DNA of 64,000 nt from Bugula neritina (GCA_964035545.1 OZ037768.1:4310741-4374740); one strand, 5' to 3'. Positions 48,101 to 62,800 are shown, numbered from the stretch's first letter. The notes: generated by a model from the sequence alone, not told the origin. Translations and numbers: made by a program.

Positions 48101-50474
48101 AAGGAAAATTAAATTAAATAGTATTTACATCTATTGACTCTGTTAGCTGGGTGTGTACATACACTTGAGATAAAGCTTTCTCATCAAACCAGTTCCTAGA
48201 TGGTGTAACTGTTTTCTTTCTTCAAAGTTGCTGCCACATAAAACAACTAAACAGGTCTTTTGCTAATGTAATATGCTAATGTCATAATGGTAAAAATTTT
48301 GACTGAATATCTGCGAAAATTTTTAGCAGTTGAGATACAATTGGCTGGTCCCTGTTTAGCAAGCCCAATTTTTTGTTTTAGTTTTACATTTATTTTATTC
48401 AAATTGCTTATTATTGAAACTAGCTGGCAAGATTTCAAATAGAAATAATTTATAACTTCGGCAGTAAAGCCATTGCCAAATACAATTAACTAATTGAATT
48501 TCCACTGACATTTTGCATAAGGCAGATAACTCCTGCAGTTGGTTTTACGTTTTAACCGGATGCAGAAGTTCTGCTCTGTGTGGCTTGATAAAACTGTATG
48601 CAAACTTCAACTTAATGTAGCTATAGCAGCTGTTTAAGTAAATTTAGGAAAATTGAGCACTTAAAACTTACGGATCAATAGAGAAAGTTTAACATTAATT
48701 ATTTTGTTTTAAACATAATTAACGAAAAGGTGCATGCAGAAGTAATCAGCAAGTTATCAATATAATGCAAGGCATTATTTACACAAGTTATAGAAATTAA
48801 GCTGCATAGCTGCTAGCGCTAATTTAAAATATAAAGTTATATTATTTCAATGGTTGTTACATCATGTTTTTAGTATTCATAAGGAAAGCAGTTACTGGGG
48901 CATTCAATTAAAGGTAGCGCAACTCCCAATAATATCACAAGTAGACTATTAATGTTCTGCAATATTGATAGGCTGAGAGCAAACAATTGATGAACAATAC
49001 ACTGGCAGTAAAACTACTATATAACCAAGTCTTACACAGATCAGCGCTAAATGAAGTAAAGTAATTTGCTGTATTTTTGATTATATTATTAATGCATGCT
49101 ATTTTTCTTGAAATCATTCTTTTATTAGAGATCAAAATAGACAAGCAATTTTTTATATATAATATTGATATAGTTCAGCAAGCAATGAATTTGTAGTAGT
49201 TGATGTTATGAACTGACTAATGCAGCTAAATATACACACACATAATGTATATATCACAAATAACAATATTTATGTACACAACATGTTTATACTGTTGTGT
49301 GATCTTTTGGTTGTTGGAGAAAGCAATAATATATTTAATTAGTGATTAAATAGATTTCGTTCTATTCAGAAAACATGGAGGAGAAAACATGAAGGTTCAC
49401 AATTAGTCAATAATTATGTACATCTAATTTACCATGAGAAGATGATTCTAAATAATGATACAAAAGCTTTCAGTTATACCTGCAACAAATTTCTAGACTT
49501 ATGAAAGTTGTGAATATCCATAATGCCAGTTTTCACATAGGAGTTTTAACCTGAAACTAAGAATTTATTAGAGATTCACAAGAGCTTTATTTATTTAAAA
49601 CTTTATTTTTCTACATAACATAAATTTATATATGTAATATCTTGCATAAATAGGTGACCACTTTAACAGACACAATTACATAAAACTACATAAGATCATG
49701 ATGAGCAATGACTGTAATCAACAGTAAACATAGTCACATAATATATCTTATGCATAATGCACCGGTATAAAAACTGTTTACATTTGCCAAAAAACTTAAT
49801 AGCTACTCCGTAGCTGATTAAAGCAAAGCCTAAACTGCAAGCAATTTTCTCCATTTGTATGATCCAAGATTAAGTGTAACAATTCTGTTTACAGGAAGCG
49901 CTAAAAAGAGTTTGCACCTCGTTGGTAACTAATTGACTAATGATAACTTCCACGAAAGCCTTGCAAAAATGTTAGAAATTCAGGTTTCATAGTTTTGCTC
50001 TGCAGAATGGGCTTTACCTTTCTTCTGGTATATTTTCAAGATTCCCTCAAATGAATGTTTAATATAATAAACTACACATGGCGTGTAGGCTTGAGATAAT
50101 AGCTTTACAGTTTAGATGCACGGACAGAAGAAGTTTTTCGAGAGGACAACTTTAAAAATATAAAATTATTTATATATATGGAGTTTCTAGTTTCACAAGA
50201 AGTTGAAAATAAAAAGTTTGTTGACTCAAACCCGAACTGAAGTATGAGAAATGCACATAGTCAAACTTCAAGAACCCTAGAAATGAGGATGCAGTTTGTA
50301 TTACTACTTTTGTACCTGTTCCTCAATCTACAACAAAGCAATTTGCATTCATTATTCTCAGCTTAAAAATTTCTTCAAACACAGTATTCAGCTTATAAAA
50401 ATTTGATAGGATTTGTCTATTGGCAATATTATTTCAAATGATTTTTAATATGTAATGGTAATGTGCATAGCATG

Positions 50475-53400
50475 TTACACAAAATTGTTGTTCAAAATAA
50501 AAATGGAGCTTTTTGCCCAACATAACATGTTTTTACAACTTCTTCCAAAAGTTAAGAGAAAATACTGATTACTGACTGAGTTTAGATTACCATATGCAAT
50601 TTTGGTCAATACCTTATACAGGAAGACAGCGCTTTCAGAGCCACAAGCAATGGCTAGAGTTTGTTTTGATATCGCCATATCATAGCCAAGAAAATCTTTA
50701 GGTAGGTCTATGGCTAAACATCCAAACCGCTTTCCTACAACCATATCACATGTACTTGAAAAGGTCAAGTCAAAATTTCACACTTTTATAGACAGCACTG
50801 GGTACACATTAGAGCACAAAATTGAAATTCAGTTGGGACATCACAACGCTTCAAATTTAAAGGAAATATTACTTTTATAGATGCAACTTGTAAAGAAGCA
50901 GAATAAGGCCAACCAGAAAAAATATGCTTATAAACTACACTTGAAATAAGAAATAATACAAGTAGTTTGCAGTCTTATAACTAATAAATGCAATATGACC
51001 AGCACAGACTTGCTTGAAGTTGTTGATATTTGGATACTCAGACTCTCACAAACCTGTAGTTAAATCATACACTTTAATGGCGCCGTCTTTCTTGCTATAA
51101 GCAAAGAGATATTTTCCTTTATAGCAGTGTATACCAAGTAGTTGGTCCGTACAATGGTGGATCCACATGACAACATTGCTGCTAATGTCTAACCTGTACA
51201 GTCTACCGGAAAGAGAATCATTGATAACCACAGAGGTTTCATCTACAGCTGCGATGGAGATGAAGCCTTGGCTAAGAAAGGGACAAGATATGGTCTTACG
51301 TACTCCGCCCTTTGTGGGTAGCACCACTAGCATCTTGTTGGGCCTGTCTGGCACCACAAGTTGATAGTTTACGACCACAAAGTTCATAGAGCTTTCAGTT
51401 GTATCTCCATTAATGATGGCCCAGCGTCTATCTGGTTTACCGTTGGACTTGTGTGTATAAACTATGAACGTGTTTTCTTTTTTTGTCAATGTGTAAAATG
51501 TACCACGGCATTCGGAGATGTGACATATCTCCTCATCAAATCCCTCTACAACCGGCCCGCCTAACTCTAATCCTTTTTCGATTCGAATTATTGTTTGATT
51601 ACGACCAACATATATCCTGTTTTTAGTCGAACACACAGATATCCCATTCTTGCTGGGAGAGAATTCAAATTGATGTATTGGAGACAAGAGTGCAGAAAAC
51701 ACCACCAGAGACTGCTGGGATTCCATCAACTTGCAGATATTAGATGGATTCGGTTTCCTAACCAGAGAAACAGATTTTTTCAAAGATGGTAAATTTTCCA
51801 GGTTTACAAGTTCTATTGGTGACATTTCCAGTTCTAAAGTTGGAGGGTGGTCTGAAAAAGTACAATGCAGAAATACTTGTAGAATATCTATAGTCAATAT
51901 GAACGAACTTGAGAAGGTCTTGCATAGGATTTTATCGGTTTGATTTCTAATTTACAGAATACATGTAAGATAGTGCTAATCTTCAAAGCTTATACGATGT
52001 ACATTTGCAAATCGAGATTACAACACTACCTGGGAGTTTCAATTTCACCGACTGTATGCGTAGAGGAGACAAATCTTCATTTGTTACACTTTGAATGTTG
52101 TCTTTCGTCTGTTTAAAACTTTTAATAATATCAACCTAAAATAAGAACAGACCAGAAAGGCTGATGTTAAACTATAAAATTGTGCTGCAATCACATCTCC
52201 ACTAAGCATATTATAAACATAACAGCTTGTCCAGTTTGAACACACAGCAAACAACATGAGTTACTGAGCCTCTACCTCATCAGACTAACATTAAATAAAG
52301 AAGGAAATTTCTTGCACAGTTCAGAATATTATATACTTTCCAGACAAATAGTAACAAAATAACAAGCTAGATAGCTATTCATATGCATGCTGAACATCTA
52401 GATGGCGTTATATTATGCTACCTTGTGACAATATTTTCTCCCTGATTGGATACACAGCCTATACTGGGTTAGTTTAGCCAATGACTGTCCCAGATTCTTT
52501 TCAGCATAATCTACCAGCTCATCTTGTGTTTTCTTTCTTTTCTCCACCAGTTGACTCTCCAACTTTGCATAGTGTGCTTTAATCGCATTCAACTGTGTAC
52601 AGAATAACCAGGAAATAAACAAAAACAATAACATGCTCTTATCTACACATGGAGCCAGGTCTTTTTTTCTAAAACTTATAAGTAAATGTTTCACTTGAAA
52701 CAGGAAAAAGGAAACATATTCAAAATACATGATGTTGTTAGTATGCTGTGGGTCACAAAAATTAATCAAATAGCCACATCAAAGTCACATCTCATTGTTT
52801 AAAAAGTGCCAGCGATAAGGATATAACTAAAACATTGCAAATCTAAACTAATTTTATATACCTGTTGGTCTTTAGTTTTTCGCACCAGTTTAACCATCTC
52901 CTTTGTGTCTTCCTCGTAGTTCGAGACACTCACAGAGATTTTCTTAATGAGTGTAGAAATTATCTTCTCTTTGCCCAGAGCTTCAGCTGACAACTGGTCT
53001 AGTAGTTGAAGCAGTTCCTCAAACAGATCATCTAGTGGTAGCAGCTGGTGTGCCTTCCCTAGACCCAAACAATACACCCAACTACTGCTAATCCCGAGTG
53101 GATAACTCCAAGTGCTACAGTATTATGGCTAAAGGTTAGCCATGTCTGTTTTTATAACATAAGTGCGGCAATAATGCTCCTAACCTACACCTAATAAAAG
53201 AAAGTGCAGTGCTTGAGTGACATTATGGACACTTGATTTTCTGACTCACCCTCAGAGCACTGTGCAAGACCTGCCAGACATTTCACACAGAACAACTCTT
53301 GGCATGCTCTGCATCCAACTGTGTATGGTAGCTCCTCATGCGTTGCGCAACTTTTCACTTCTAACCTCTTAGCCTGAACTTTATACTCCTCTATGCTGAT

Positions 53401-54677
53401 ACCCTGATGACTTACAAAGACCTCATTGTGCAACTGCAACATAAACCTTGGCTAACTCATCCAATGAGCAGACTTTTAACTCTTTCAACTAACAGAATTT
53501 CATAGTGTTAATAAAATGTACAACTTATAAACATAATCTAATATATAGGAATAAATCAAAGAGGAAATAGAAAATCGAGTAATGCTAAGAAGTGCTTTAA
53601 CCATAATGTTGATACCTACATTAATGACTTGAGCCTGTAGTTAGTAGTATATAGTTATCTGTGTTGAGATAACATATTGAACAGCGTAAAACAAGTACTT
53701 AGTATCAATATCAAGTATCAATGCGTAGAACAGGTGTACTTAGCTTACCTTCTGGTGTGCAGGACAACACTTGACTGGGCAGGTTGGACAGTAAACCACG
53801 GCAGCCACATTGCTGACACCTTTTTGGAAACAGGAATCACAGGCTATGATAGGCTCAGGTTCAAGATTGTAGTCTGGTAGGCTGTCTACTGAGACATCAA
53901 ATGCTTCACTGCCAAACATTCAACAATAAGCAGTAGACTAGAACTTGGCTATTTACCAGTCAGCAAAGCTTTAGTAAACTCTGTACCAGAAACACTTCAG
54001 CTAAATCTTTTCATCCATCTAAGATATTCCTCTATTTTAGTAAATAGTTTAGGAATAGAGGCTATTAACTGATAACATAGATTAGGTTTCTTCAATGAAT
54101 TTATTGCATACAGTTCACTGCTTAGTTGCAGGCTAAGTGGCAACAAGGCTCTGATCAGTAAATAGTAAAGTATTTTTCAAGTGTCTACTGATGGGTCCAA
54201 TCTAACCCTTGAACTCTGGAGCAATAAGATTTTACAGAAACTGCTAGTTGCAATATTTCTTACAGATAGCTTTCTAAAATCTAAGCCTTGAAATTTAGGA
54301 AACTAGAAATGGCAATTTAACCCATCACCATACCTACCTACAAAACCACATTATCATTGTTAATATGCGCTCTTTTAGAAACATGCTAGTATATTAAAAA
54401 CGTGAACTTATTTATTTATTTTAAAATTAAAGATATGTTAAAATGATTATACAAAATGACGTTATTTGTACTTTTTGAACATTTTGCAATTTTATAAAAC
54501 ATATCACCTGCAAGTTGGACATTGAATCAGATTGTAGGTTTCGTAAATGCTTATTAAACACTCTTCACAGTGTATATGAGAGCACGGCAAATGCTTTGGG
54601 TTAACTAGAGAATCTTCTGTGCGCAAGCAAAGAGCACACTCGACTCGGTCAGTTGGGGTTGCTGCACCTTCAGCCAT
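50475..54677 (-). CDS. TRIM-like E3 ubiquitin ligase: RING + B-box1 + B-box2 + coiled coil + divergent NHL-like beta-propeller; 3' end uncertain
   Basis: Exons 54677-54508 (C3HC4 RING CALC..LPCSHIHCEEC..CPTC), 53908-53749 (CDSC..YCPTC..CPAH), 53433-53250 (CATHEE..GCRACQELFCVKC), 53058-52862, 52592-52422, 52135-52030, 51851-51054, 50734-(50613 or 50475) are in frame. Confidence 0.85.
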
Positions 54678-55789
54678 GCTTCAGTGAAGATACTTTAAAT
54701 AGAAGTTATACCCGTCAAAATTTTTCAAGCTTCAAGATTAAACTTGATATATAAACTTACATCGTCAGTTACAAATAGTAATTAGTAACTGACAGCTCGA
54801 GACTGTAACCTATTAGCTCACTTACACTAACTCTCCCAAATATTTAACTAACCAACTCTTGGAGTAAAAATGGTAGCATCAATATCATATTCTCTTCATC
54901 ATAAAGTGATCATGTTGCGATTATCACCATACAGTTAGACATAAGCCTAAGCCCAAGATTTTAGTGACAGATATTGCTCATTCAGTCATTGCTGGTATGA
55001 TTGAATTTGCAATACTTATAGTCATACTTGAAGTAGTCATTGAGTTTGACATAGGACTAGGAGTAGGTGATAGGGAATGATGTTATTATGATTATGATTT
55101 TCGCTATGAATAATACTACATGTCTATAACTATTACTATGACTTATGAGTAAGAGTTTGAGCATCTTTATCAGTATAACTATAAGTATATATCCGTAGAA
55201 CTCTATGAATAACTGTAAGACTCAAAACAACGCTAACACTAACAGTAACAACTAGTACTACAAGCACAGGTATTGCAATAAAATTCAAATAAATAATTAT
55301 AAAATCAAGTCAAATTGAAATTGCCACGTTAAGTCTAATACTAAATCTAATAGTTATACTTATACTTATAGTAATTTACATTCACTTTCAGATTACTCAG
55401 CTACACTTACACTTACAGTTACTGCTAGCCTTAAATTAAAGTTACTGTCACACTTAGTGAGTGACTTACAGCATCTAGTACAATAAATCAACAACAATTA
55501 CAATGTGAATACTAGTATTAGTATGACTATCACTCTGACTATGAGATAATCATAATCATAATGATAATCACTTTATGATAATGTAAATGAGCAAGTGTTA
55601 GTGTAACACTAACAGTAACAGCAAAACTAAGTCTTAGTCTAACAGTAACACTGTAACACCAACAGTAACTGAAATTCAAATTGAAATAGAATTTTTTTAT
55701 TTGAAATTTAGAGAAAACGCATGAAAACATATTTGAATTAACACTTGTCTGTTGTCATAGGGGTGATAGGCCTCAAGTAATGCTTGAAT

Positions 55790-55900
55790 CGAGGATGAGA
55801 ATCATGTGCGAAATTTTGAATGCAACCACGTGTGACGACAAAGAAAACGCCCATGTGCAATGGCGTATGATTGGTTGATTTCTTTACGAACGTTTGACAA
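55790..55900. promoter_or_regulatory. Putative bidirectional promoter between the TRIM-like gene and SMG9
   Basis: Locally CpG-richer patch between head-to-head genes, with E-box CACGTG (55826-55831) and reverse CCAAT (ATTGG, 55870-55874). Confidence 0.45.
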
Positions 55901-56844
55901 ATAGTTATAGAGTTATCTTCCTTCGGGAAACTAATGCTATGAAATAGTAAAAACCCAAAAAGAATTTGGCTGAATTGTAGCTAGTCAAATATAAAATTTT
56001 CTTTAAATACTTATTAATAAATATTATATTTAATAATAAATAATTGTTGTACCTTTCATTGTGATTGTGTACAATAATACTTTAATATAGTATAGCGTGT
56101 CAATAGTAGCAGTTATATTAACATTGTGATTGTTATTGTAAGTTATTAATATTTATTGTTTGTATTGATGTATGGGGATATTATATACATATTCATATTG
56201 ATAAGACATTGTGATTGTGATTGATATTGATAATTGGTTATTAATTGACATAGTTATACTTATAGTTATAGTAATAGTTTACGTGCTGGGTTAAATAACT
56301 AAATTTAAATCAATTTTAATCATAACTCATAACAGATAGCTCATAATACTAACTCTAAGTCATAAGTGATAAGACATAATGATAATGATAATCAGTATCA
56401 CTGATGTTGATAATGATAATCATAATGTTAGTGTTTAGTTATGAGTTGATAACATTAACTATAAGTTATAATTATGATTATTATGATTATAAGTGTAAGT
56501 ATTGGTATGAGTATCAGTGTCACTATTACTATAACTATAAGTATAGGTATACTTAATAATTATCATAGCAGAGATAGCCCTAAACGGAAACCTACAAAAC
56601 AAAGTAAAATTTTGTCATAATCATTTTGAACTTGATGTTTATCATTGTGATTGTCTGTATCTTATGTTAAATTGACACAATTTGAAATTAATTTGGATTT
56701 GAGAACTTATAAAGTCCATCTGAATACTAACATTTTATTCAAGACTGTTTCAAGACTGAACCATCGTGTGAACTTATCAAAGCAGCCTAGCATAGCTCAG
56801 TGGTACCGCAAAGCAATAGTAAACCGTATTGTGATTTCCAAATC

Positions 56845-59800
56845 ATGCTAAAGGTAAGATCAAGATTACAATTGAATTTGAAATTCAACATTTGCAAATT
56901 GGTATTGATCAAATAATATTTGGTAGTATTTACCCAAATTAATCACTACTTCATCATAACTACTACTTCTACTGCCACTGTGATTCATTAAAATTCTGTA
57001 CACCAATAAAAATGTTCAGTTAATTTGAAGTATGGGCAGGTCTAAGATTTTTCAGAATTTAGGAGCTGTCTTGTACTAGAAGTTTCAACTTAATTACTTT
57101 TAAATTCATGTAACGCTATAAGATTCATTATTCATCCTAAAATGATTATGTGGCCTTAACCTCTTGAGTCTGTTTTCAATCTTTGTGATTCTCTTTAATC
57201 AGAATGTGTGATAATAAAAACTCGAAACATTGCGATTTGAGAACTTTCATTATTTTTTAACAGTTATAAAAAATCAATCTGTTTTCTGGTACACTCACAT
57301 TTAAAGTAATAAAGTTATCTAAATAGCACATGTTATATGGCCGTTCAAAATCATTAGAGTGCATAAAGGTATGTAGCACTGGGTTAAGCATAGTCTGTAT
57401 TTTCCAACAAACAGCTCAGGTCTGTAGGTGGCATAAATCGCTTGTTTTAAACTGTAAGTGTTAGTTCATAATCTAGTTTGATAAGCATTTAATTTAACAG
57501 CATTTTCCACTAAAGAAAATTACTGAATGTAACTCATATGTTTTATTTAATATAATATACTGTACTAAAGTATAATTTAATATGCTACAATATAATATAA
57601 TGTAATATAATGCATTATCATATAGTATAATACAATATCATACACTATAATATAACATGACCTGGTTTGTAGACCGGCACTACCAATACTCAACCCGAGC
57701 ATGGTTCTCCTGTTAAAACTCCTATAATTCTTGCAAAGCATGAAAAGGTACGTAGCATACACTTTATTACACAATATAGACTTTTTGTTATCTTCTAATA
57801 GTTTTACGATTAAATGAATGTAACTCAGCCTCATGATTGTCCTTTGTAGTTACAGAAAAAATTGTGTTAATAATTGAAATTCTACCAGCTTACCACACCT
57901 AATTTTGTGTGCAAGTGGCACTACATTTGAGTGTATGGAAGATGTTTGTTGCACATTGCAATAAAATTTGTCTCATTTCACGATTTTTGTGTAGCTTTTA
58001 GTGCCTATCCTATCCACACGCTTTGTTTTGGTCTTGATTGTGATTGTGATGATTATTATTGGTATAGTTTATGTGAAACACTGGCGATACAATTTATCAT
58101 TGTATAATTCTAGTATGGCTAGTTATTGACCCTTAGAACAAATCTGTTTCTACCAAAATAAAGTTTGATTTACTCAGTTCGTATTGTAGTCCATGTGATG
58201 TTGATAAACTTTGTAGAAAAACTCATGAGCTACATGAGCTGTATCAAACTTTATTAATCATTTTTCCATGAAACGTTTTTACCATCTTGTATTGTATCAT
58301 TGTTCATATTTACTTATAATATTGTAGCCCGGGGTCTCTAGTGAGTTACGCGTTAGTTCGGGCAGGTTATGGAAGCCCCGAGGTGATACTGATGTGAGAC
58401 TGGCGACTAGTCCTAAACACTCTATACCTACTCTGCTACAATCTGGAGAGCTGCCGTCCACTCCCCAGCAACCTTCATATAAGATACAGCAGAGAAATGA
58501 TGTCAAGCCTCAGCCAGGTCAGTAGGTCACATGTTTCTATGATGACATCATACAGTTTGAGAAAGCAGTTGGTGTATGATAATTCCTTAGACAGTTGAAA
58601 CTCATGTTTGTTTAAAGTCTCCATTTATGTGAAAGCCCCTTATGTAATTTTTTAATAAATGAATATATGTGCATGCTGTAGCGCAAGAGCTAGTATGATT
58701 GGATGCTCTTACTAGCACCACTAATGGTTATGCCGGGATTCAAACCTCAGTCTTAGTGCAAGCTAAGCATTACACCACAGCTACTCCCAGCTACTTACAC
58801 TTTTGTCATAAAATATTGATATTAAATTTCTCTCTTACCAATGTATTGCATAAAGTTATTGATTGAAATTATGCAGTATTAAATACAATGGCTGGTGTGT
58901 CATCAAAGTCTTGATTTAGTGACTTAACAGCCTCAAGTATTACTTATTGAATATATTCAACAACCTGACTTGCAACTGCCGTTACCTACCTACTTGGTAG
59001 AAACTGATGACAGGTGTGTAAAACTTACGTTATAGGTTGCTAGATTCAATTAGTAATTACTCTAGACTCTAGAGGTTGATAAATATTGAAATATAAAGCT
59101 GTGACATACAATTAGAGTATTGCTTGTCTATAGATTCTGATTGGACACACAGCACTTCACAAACTACATCTGTGAAGATTATAGATGAGTACATGAATTG
59201 GTGTCCTGATGTTCTTTCAGAGTTCCTCTTAGACCAGAATGACTACCGGTAAACTACCAACAGTTGTTATTTCTTTACTCTTGAAAGTGGGATTTTTAAT
59301 GTGTTTTGTGTAACTGTGTTTTGTGTAACTGTGTTTTGTGTAACTGTGTTTTGTGTAACTGTGTTTTGTGTAGCTGTGTTTTGTGTAACTGTGTTTTGTG
59401 TAACTGTGTTTTGTGTAACTGTGTTTTGTGTAACTGTGTTTTGTGTAGCTGTGTTTTGTGAAACTGTGTAAACACTGCTTTAAGTCCTCACCGCATACCC
59501 TTATATAGCTGCCTGCCTATCAGCAAATTAGTATAAAAAGTGCTGTCACTGTATTCTCCTCCCAGCTTTCACAAGGTGACCAAATAATTTCAGTTTCTTG
59601 CACAACCAAGCTACATACATGTGATATAAACTGGTATTTTACAATTGTAGTACAACAATAATTGCGGTAGAGTTGTGTCCTCCTGACATCACCTGTTTAC
59701 TGTAGAGTTGTGTCCTCCTGACCTCACCTGTTTACTGTAGAGTTGTGTCCTCCTGACCTCACCTGTTTACTGTAGAGTTATTGGTGTCCTAGGACTGGAG

Positions 59801-62800
59801 GGGGTAGGCAAGACATATATTATGAATCTACTAGCCACTCGGCCCAAGTCCTCCGCACCACCATTCAAAGCAGAGAGAACCGGACCTGATGGTGCCGGTC
59901 ACTCCACGTTTGGGATGAATGCTTACGTCACTCCAGAGAGAGTCATTCTTTTAGGTTACTATTTACTGCTTTTATTTCAGTTGACTGCAGGTTCTGTTTA
60001 GTTATATACTGCTTGTTGCTATATCTATAGTCTGGTAATGTTGCTTGTTGGTATATATTCTGTTTCACAATGTTGTTTGCCGAAATATATTTGTTATAGT
60101 TTTGCTTGCTGCCATATATTTAGTAAAGTGTTATTTGCTGCTTTATATTTATCGTAGTGTTACTTGTTGCTATATATTTATTGCAGTGTTACTTGTTGCT
60201 GTATATTTATCATAATGTTACTTGTTGTTATATATTTATTATAGTGTTATTTGTTGCTATATATTTATTATAGTGTTACTTGTTGCTATATTGAGTAAAC
60301 ATGACTGATTTATTATAGACTGCCAGCCATTGTTCAGCTCGGCTGTACTCGATCATATCCACTCTAATGAGAGGAAGTTTAACTTCAATGGAGATCTCTC
60401 TAGCGGAGAGGACCTGTGTGATGCAATCAACATGCAGCTCACCATGTTCATGCTCTCTGTCTGCCATATTGTCATCATTGCAGAAAACTGGTTCACTGAC
60501 CCCAACCTTCACAGGTCAGCAGTTGTCTTCTCTTTGCAATATGATTGGTTAACAACAATAAACGAATGCTAAATTGACTACCAAATTGTCATTAGTTTGT
60601 TTGGAGCTGAACTCAATGTTTAATTGCAGGTTTTTTCTAGTTAAATTACAGCGTAAATTTGAACAGTTGCCTGAAACTTTACTTTTACTTGTATGTTTTA
60701 TTATCAATTTTGACTAAATGTTGTACTGATTTGAACCAAATTTCTCTCAAAATTTAATGTTACCAGCGTAATCTTTATTAGAAATGTAGTTTATAGAAAC
60801 CTTCTTTTAGCCAACATGCTTTAAAGTGAATGTAGATTTGTCTAAGCTCTGAATTATCTTCAATATACCATATTTGCACACGCAAGCTGTGAAACCGATA
60901 CACTGTAACATTTGCTAGTATGTAAGAGTAATACTGTTGTGTACTGCAGAGTACTACAAGCTGTGGAAATGCTTAAACCTCCTCAACTGTCCAATGAGAA
61001 ATCTGAAGACCATCCAGACTTTACATCCCGTATCGGTGAGTCATGAAGACCGGTTAGGATCAAATGAAACGTTACATTGTAAACACTAGCGATATTTTTC
61101 AGTTTTGATCTAGAATTTTTTTTCTCTTTTTGCTGGTGTAGTTGACATTCATTATTTTAGTGCCCATTTTGAGTCATTAAGTTACAATCACAATCTGCAA
61201 CTAAAATCTTTATGCTACAAATAGTTTATTACTGCTAAAGGTTGTTGCTGCTACGGTTGTAAATGTTTGTTTCAATAATTATTACATTCAAATTTTCTTG
61301 AGCTTCTATTATTAAAATTTTTTTATTTCTATTTTACTAAAACTAGAAGTAGGAAATTATATATATATATTTCTTCTATTTTTAGCTCTAGTTGTGGTAT
61401 TAATGTAATTATCAAACGTAGTAAATGTTAGAAAACACCAAACTACATGTATCTGTCTGTAGGTGTTAACTTAGATAATTTAGCATGATGTAAGGTAGAG
61501 CAATGATAGAATAATAAAAGTATTAAATAATTCATTGTGATGAGATTCTGCACATATTTAGTATAACCCAAGTTCTGAAAACTGTACTTTGTCGTTTGCT
61601 ATTTTAGATAGCTTCAATTCTATGCATGTTTCTAAGCATACGACTTGTTATTTCGGAATAACTATTTTCTGGTTAACATGTTTTAGTGTTTGTACAGAAC
61701 ATGTGTGCAGCTAACGACCCCGATGTGTATGATACTAGATTAATGGAGGAGAGCCTGTGTAGTATATATAGCTCCTCAAACCTCCGCATATCTCGCCGTA
61801 AGAATGTCCTTTTATTCAATTATTGCTTTCTAAATTATTGGATTTTCTAAAGCTAAATAATTTTATTGAAATCATTTAGTTTTTAATGCCATATTGTAAA
61901 GAATTCATAAAGTTTACCTGTACATACATGTATGTTCTTTTTGTGAATGTTATGCTTAAACTTGATCTGAAAATTGTATTTTGCTGTAATGAATTTAATC
62001 ATTGGTGATAAACTCATCTCTTTGCCAGTAACTTTACACATTGAGTGGTACTAAATCTTGATTAAAGTATTTTCTTAAGATGCTGTGGTAAGCCCTGTTT
62101 ACCTTTTGTAGATAAGTCAAACGGAAAAGTAAAAATACTTTCTTTGGCACTGAACAAGTCCGAAGGTAATGAATGACTAGTTTTCATTTTATTATCTAAT
62201 TTTTAGTTTATAATGTTCCACCAATAAAATATCTAGTAATGGTGTTCCAGGTAGCGACATTGAAAGAGTCGTATGCACCAAGTTAGAACAGAAGTTTCTG
62301 CAGGATATAATGGCAATGCACATTTTTCCTATTGTGAGCAAAACAACGCTGACAGAAAAGAACTGGTAAGAGATAAAATAAAACTAGTCAACCAAAGGTA
62401 GGCTGTATGGCTGTTGCTTCTAGTGGAGTTGATAATAAAGTAGATTAGCCAAATAAATTGGCTCCTTATAATTCGTATGTATCAAATTTCAACTGGAATA
62501 ACATGTTGAATTTTTCTCAATTTGGAATATAAGCTGCTCGGAATATATTACCTTGCCTCTTTTTATAACCAAGCTGCCTCATCCTCTCGCACTATAGTTC
62601 GATAGTTGTAGCATATTTGAAATAATAGTTATTAAAACAATAATAATTGCTTATGTATGCGCATGTAGTGCTGGTGTATTCTACTTAGCCATGAAAGAGT
62701 ACCTAGGTGATACACATTACTTTTAGTCAAAGTTGGTGTACATTTGCTGTGCATACATGTTGTAGGTACCTGTATGCATGCAAGTTGTGGGATGCAGTAA

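Noticed and set aside
47459-49144. Short ORFs 47459-47656, 48247-48438 and 48935-49144
   Set aside because: No recognisable motifs, AT-rich composition and no compatible splice structure.
56786-56850. tRNA-like TAGCTCAGTGGTA motif
   Set aside because: D-stem, anticodon stem and T-loop do not form; it overlaps the likely SMG9 5' exon.
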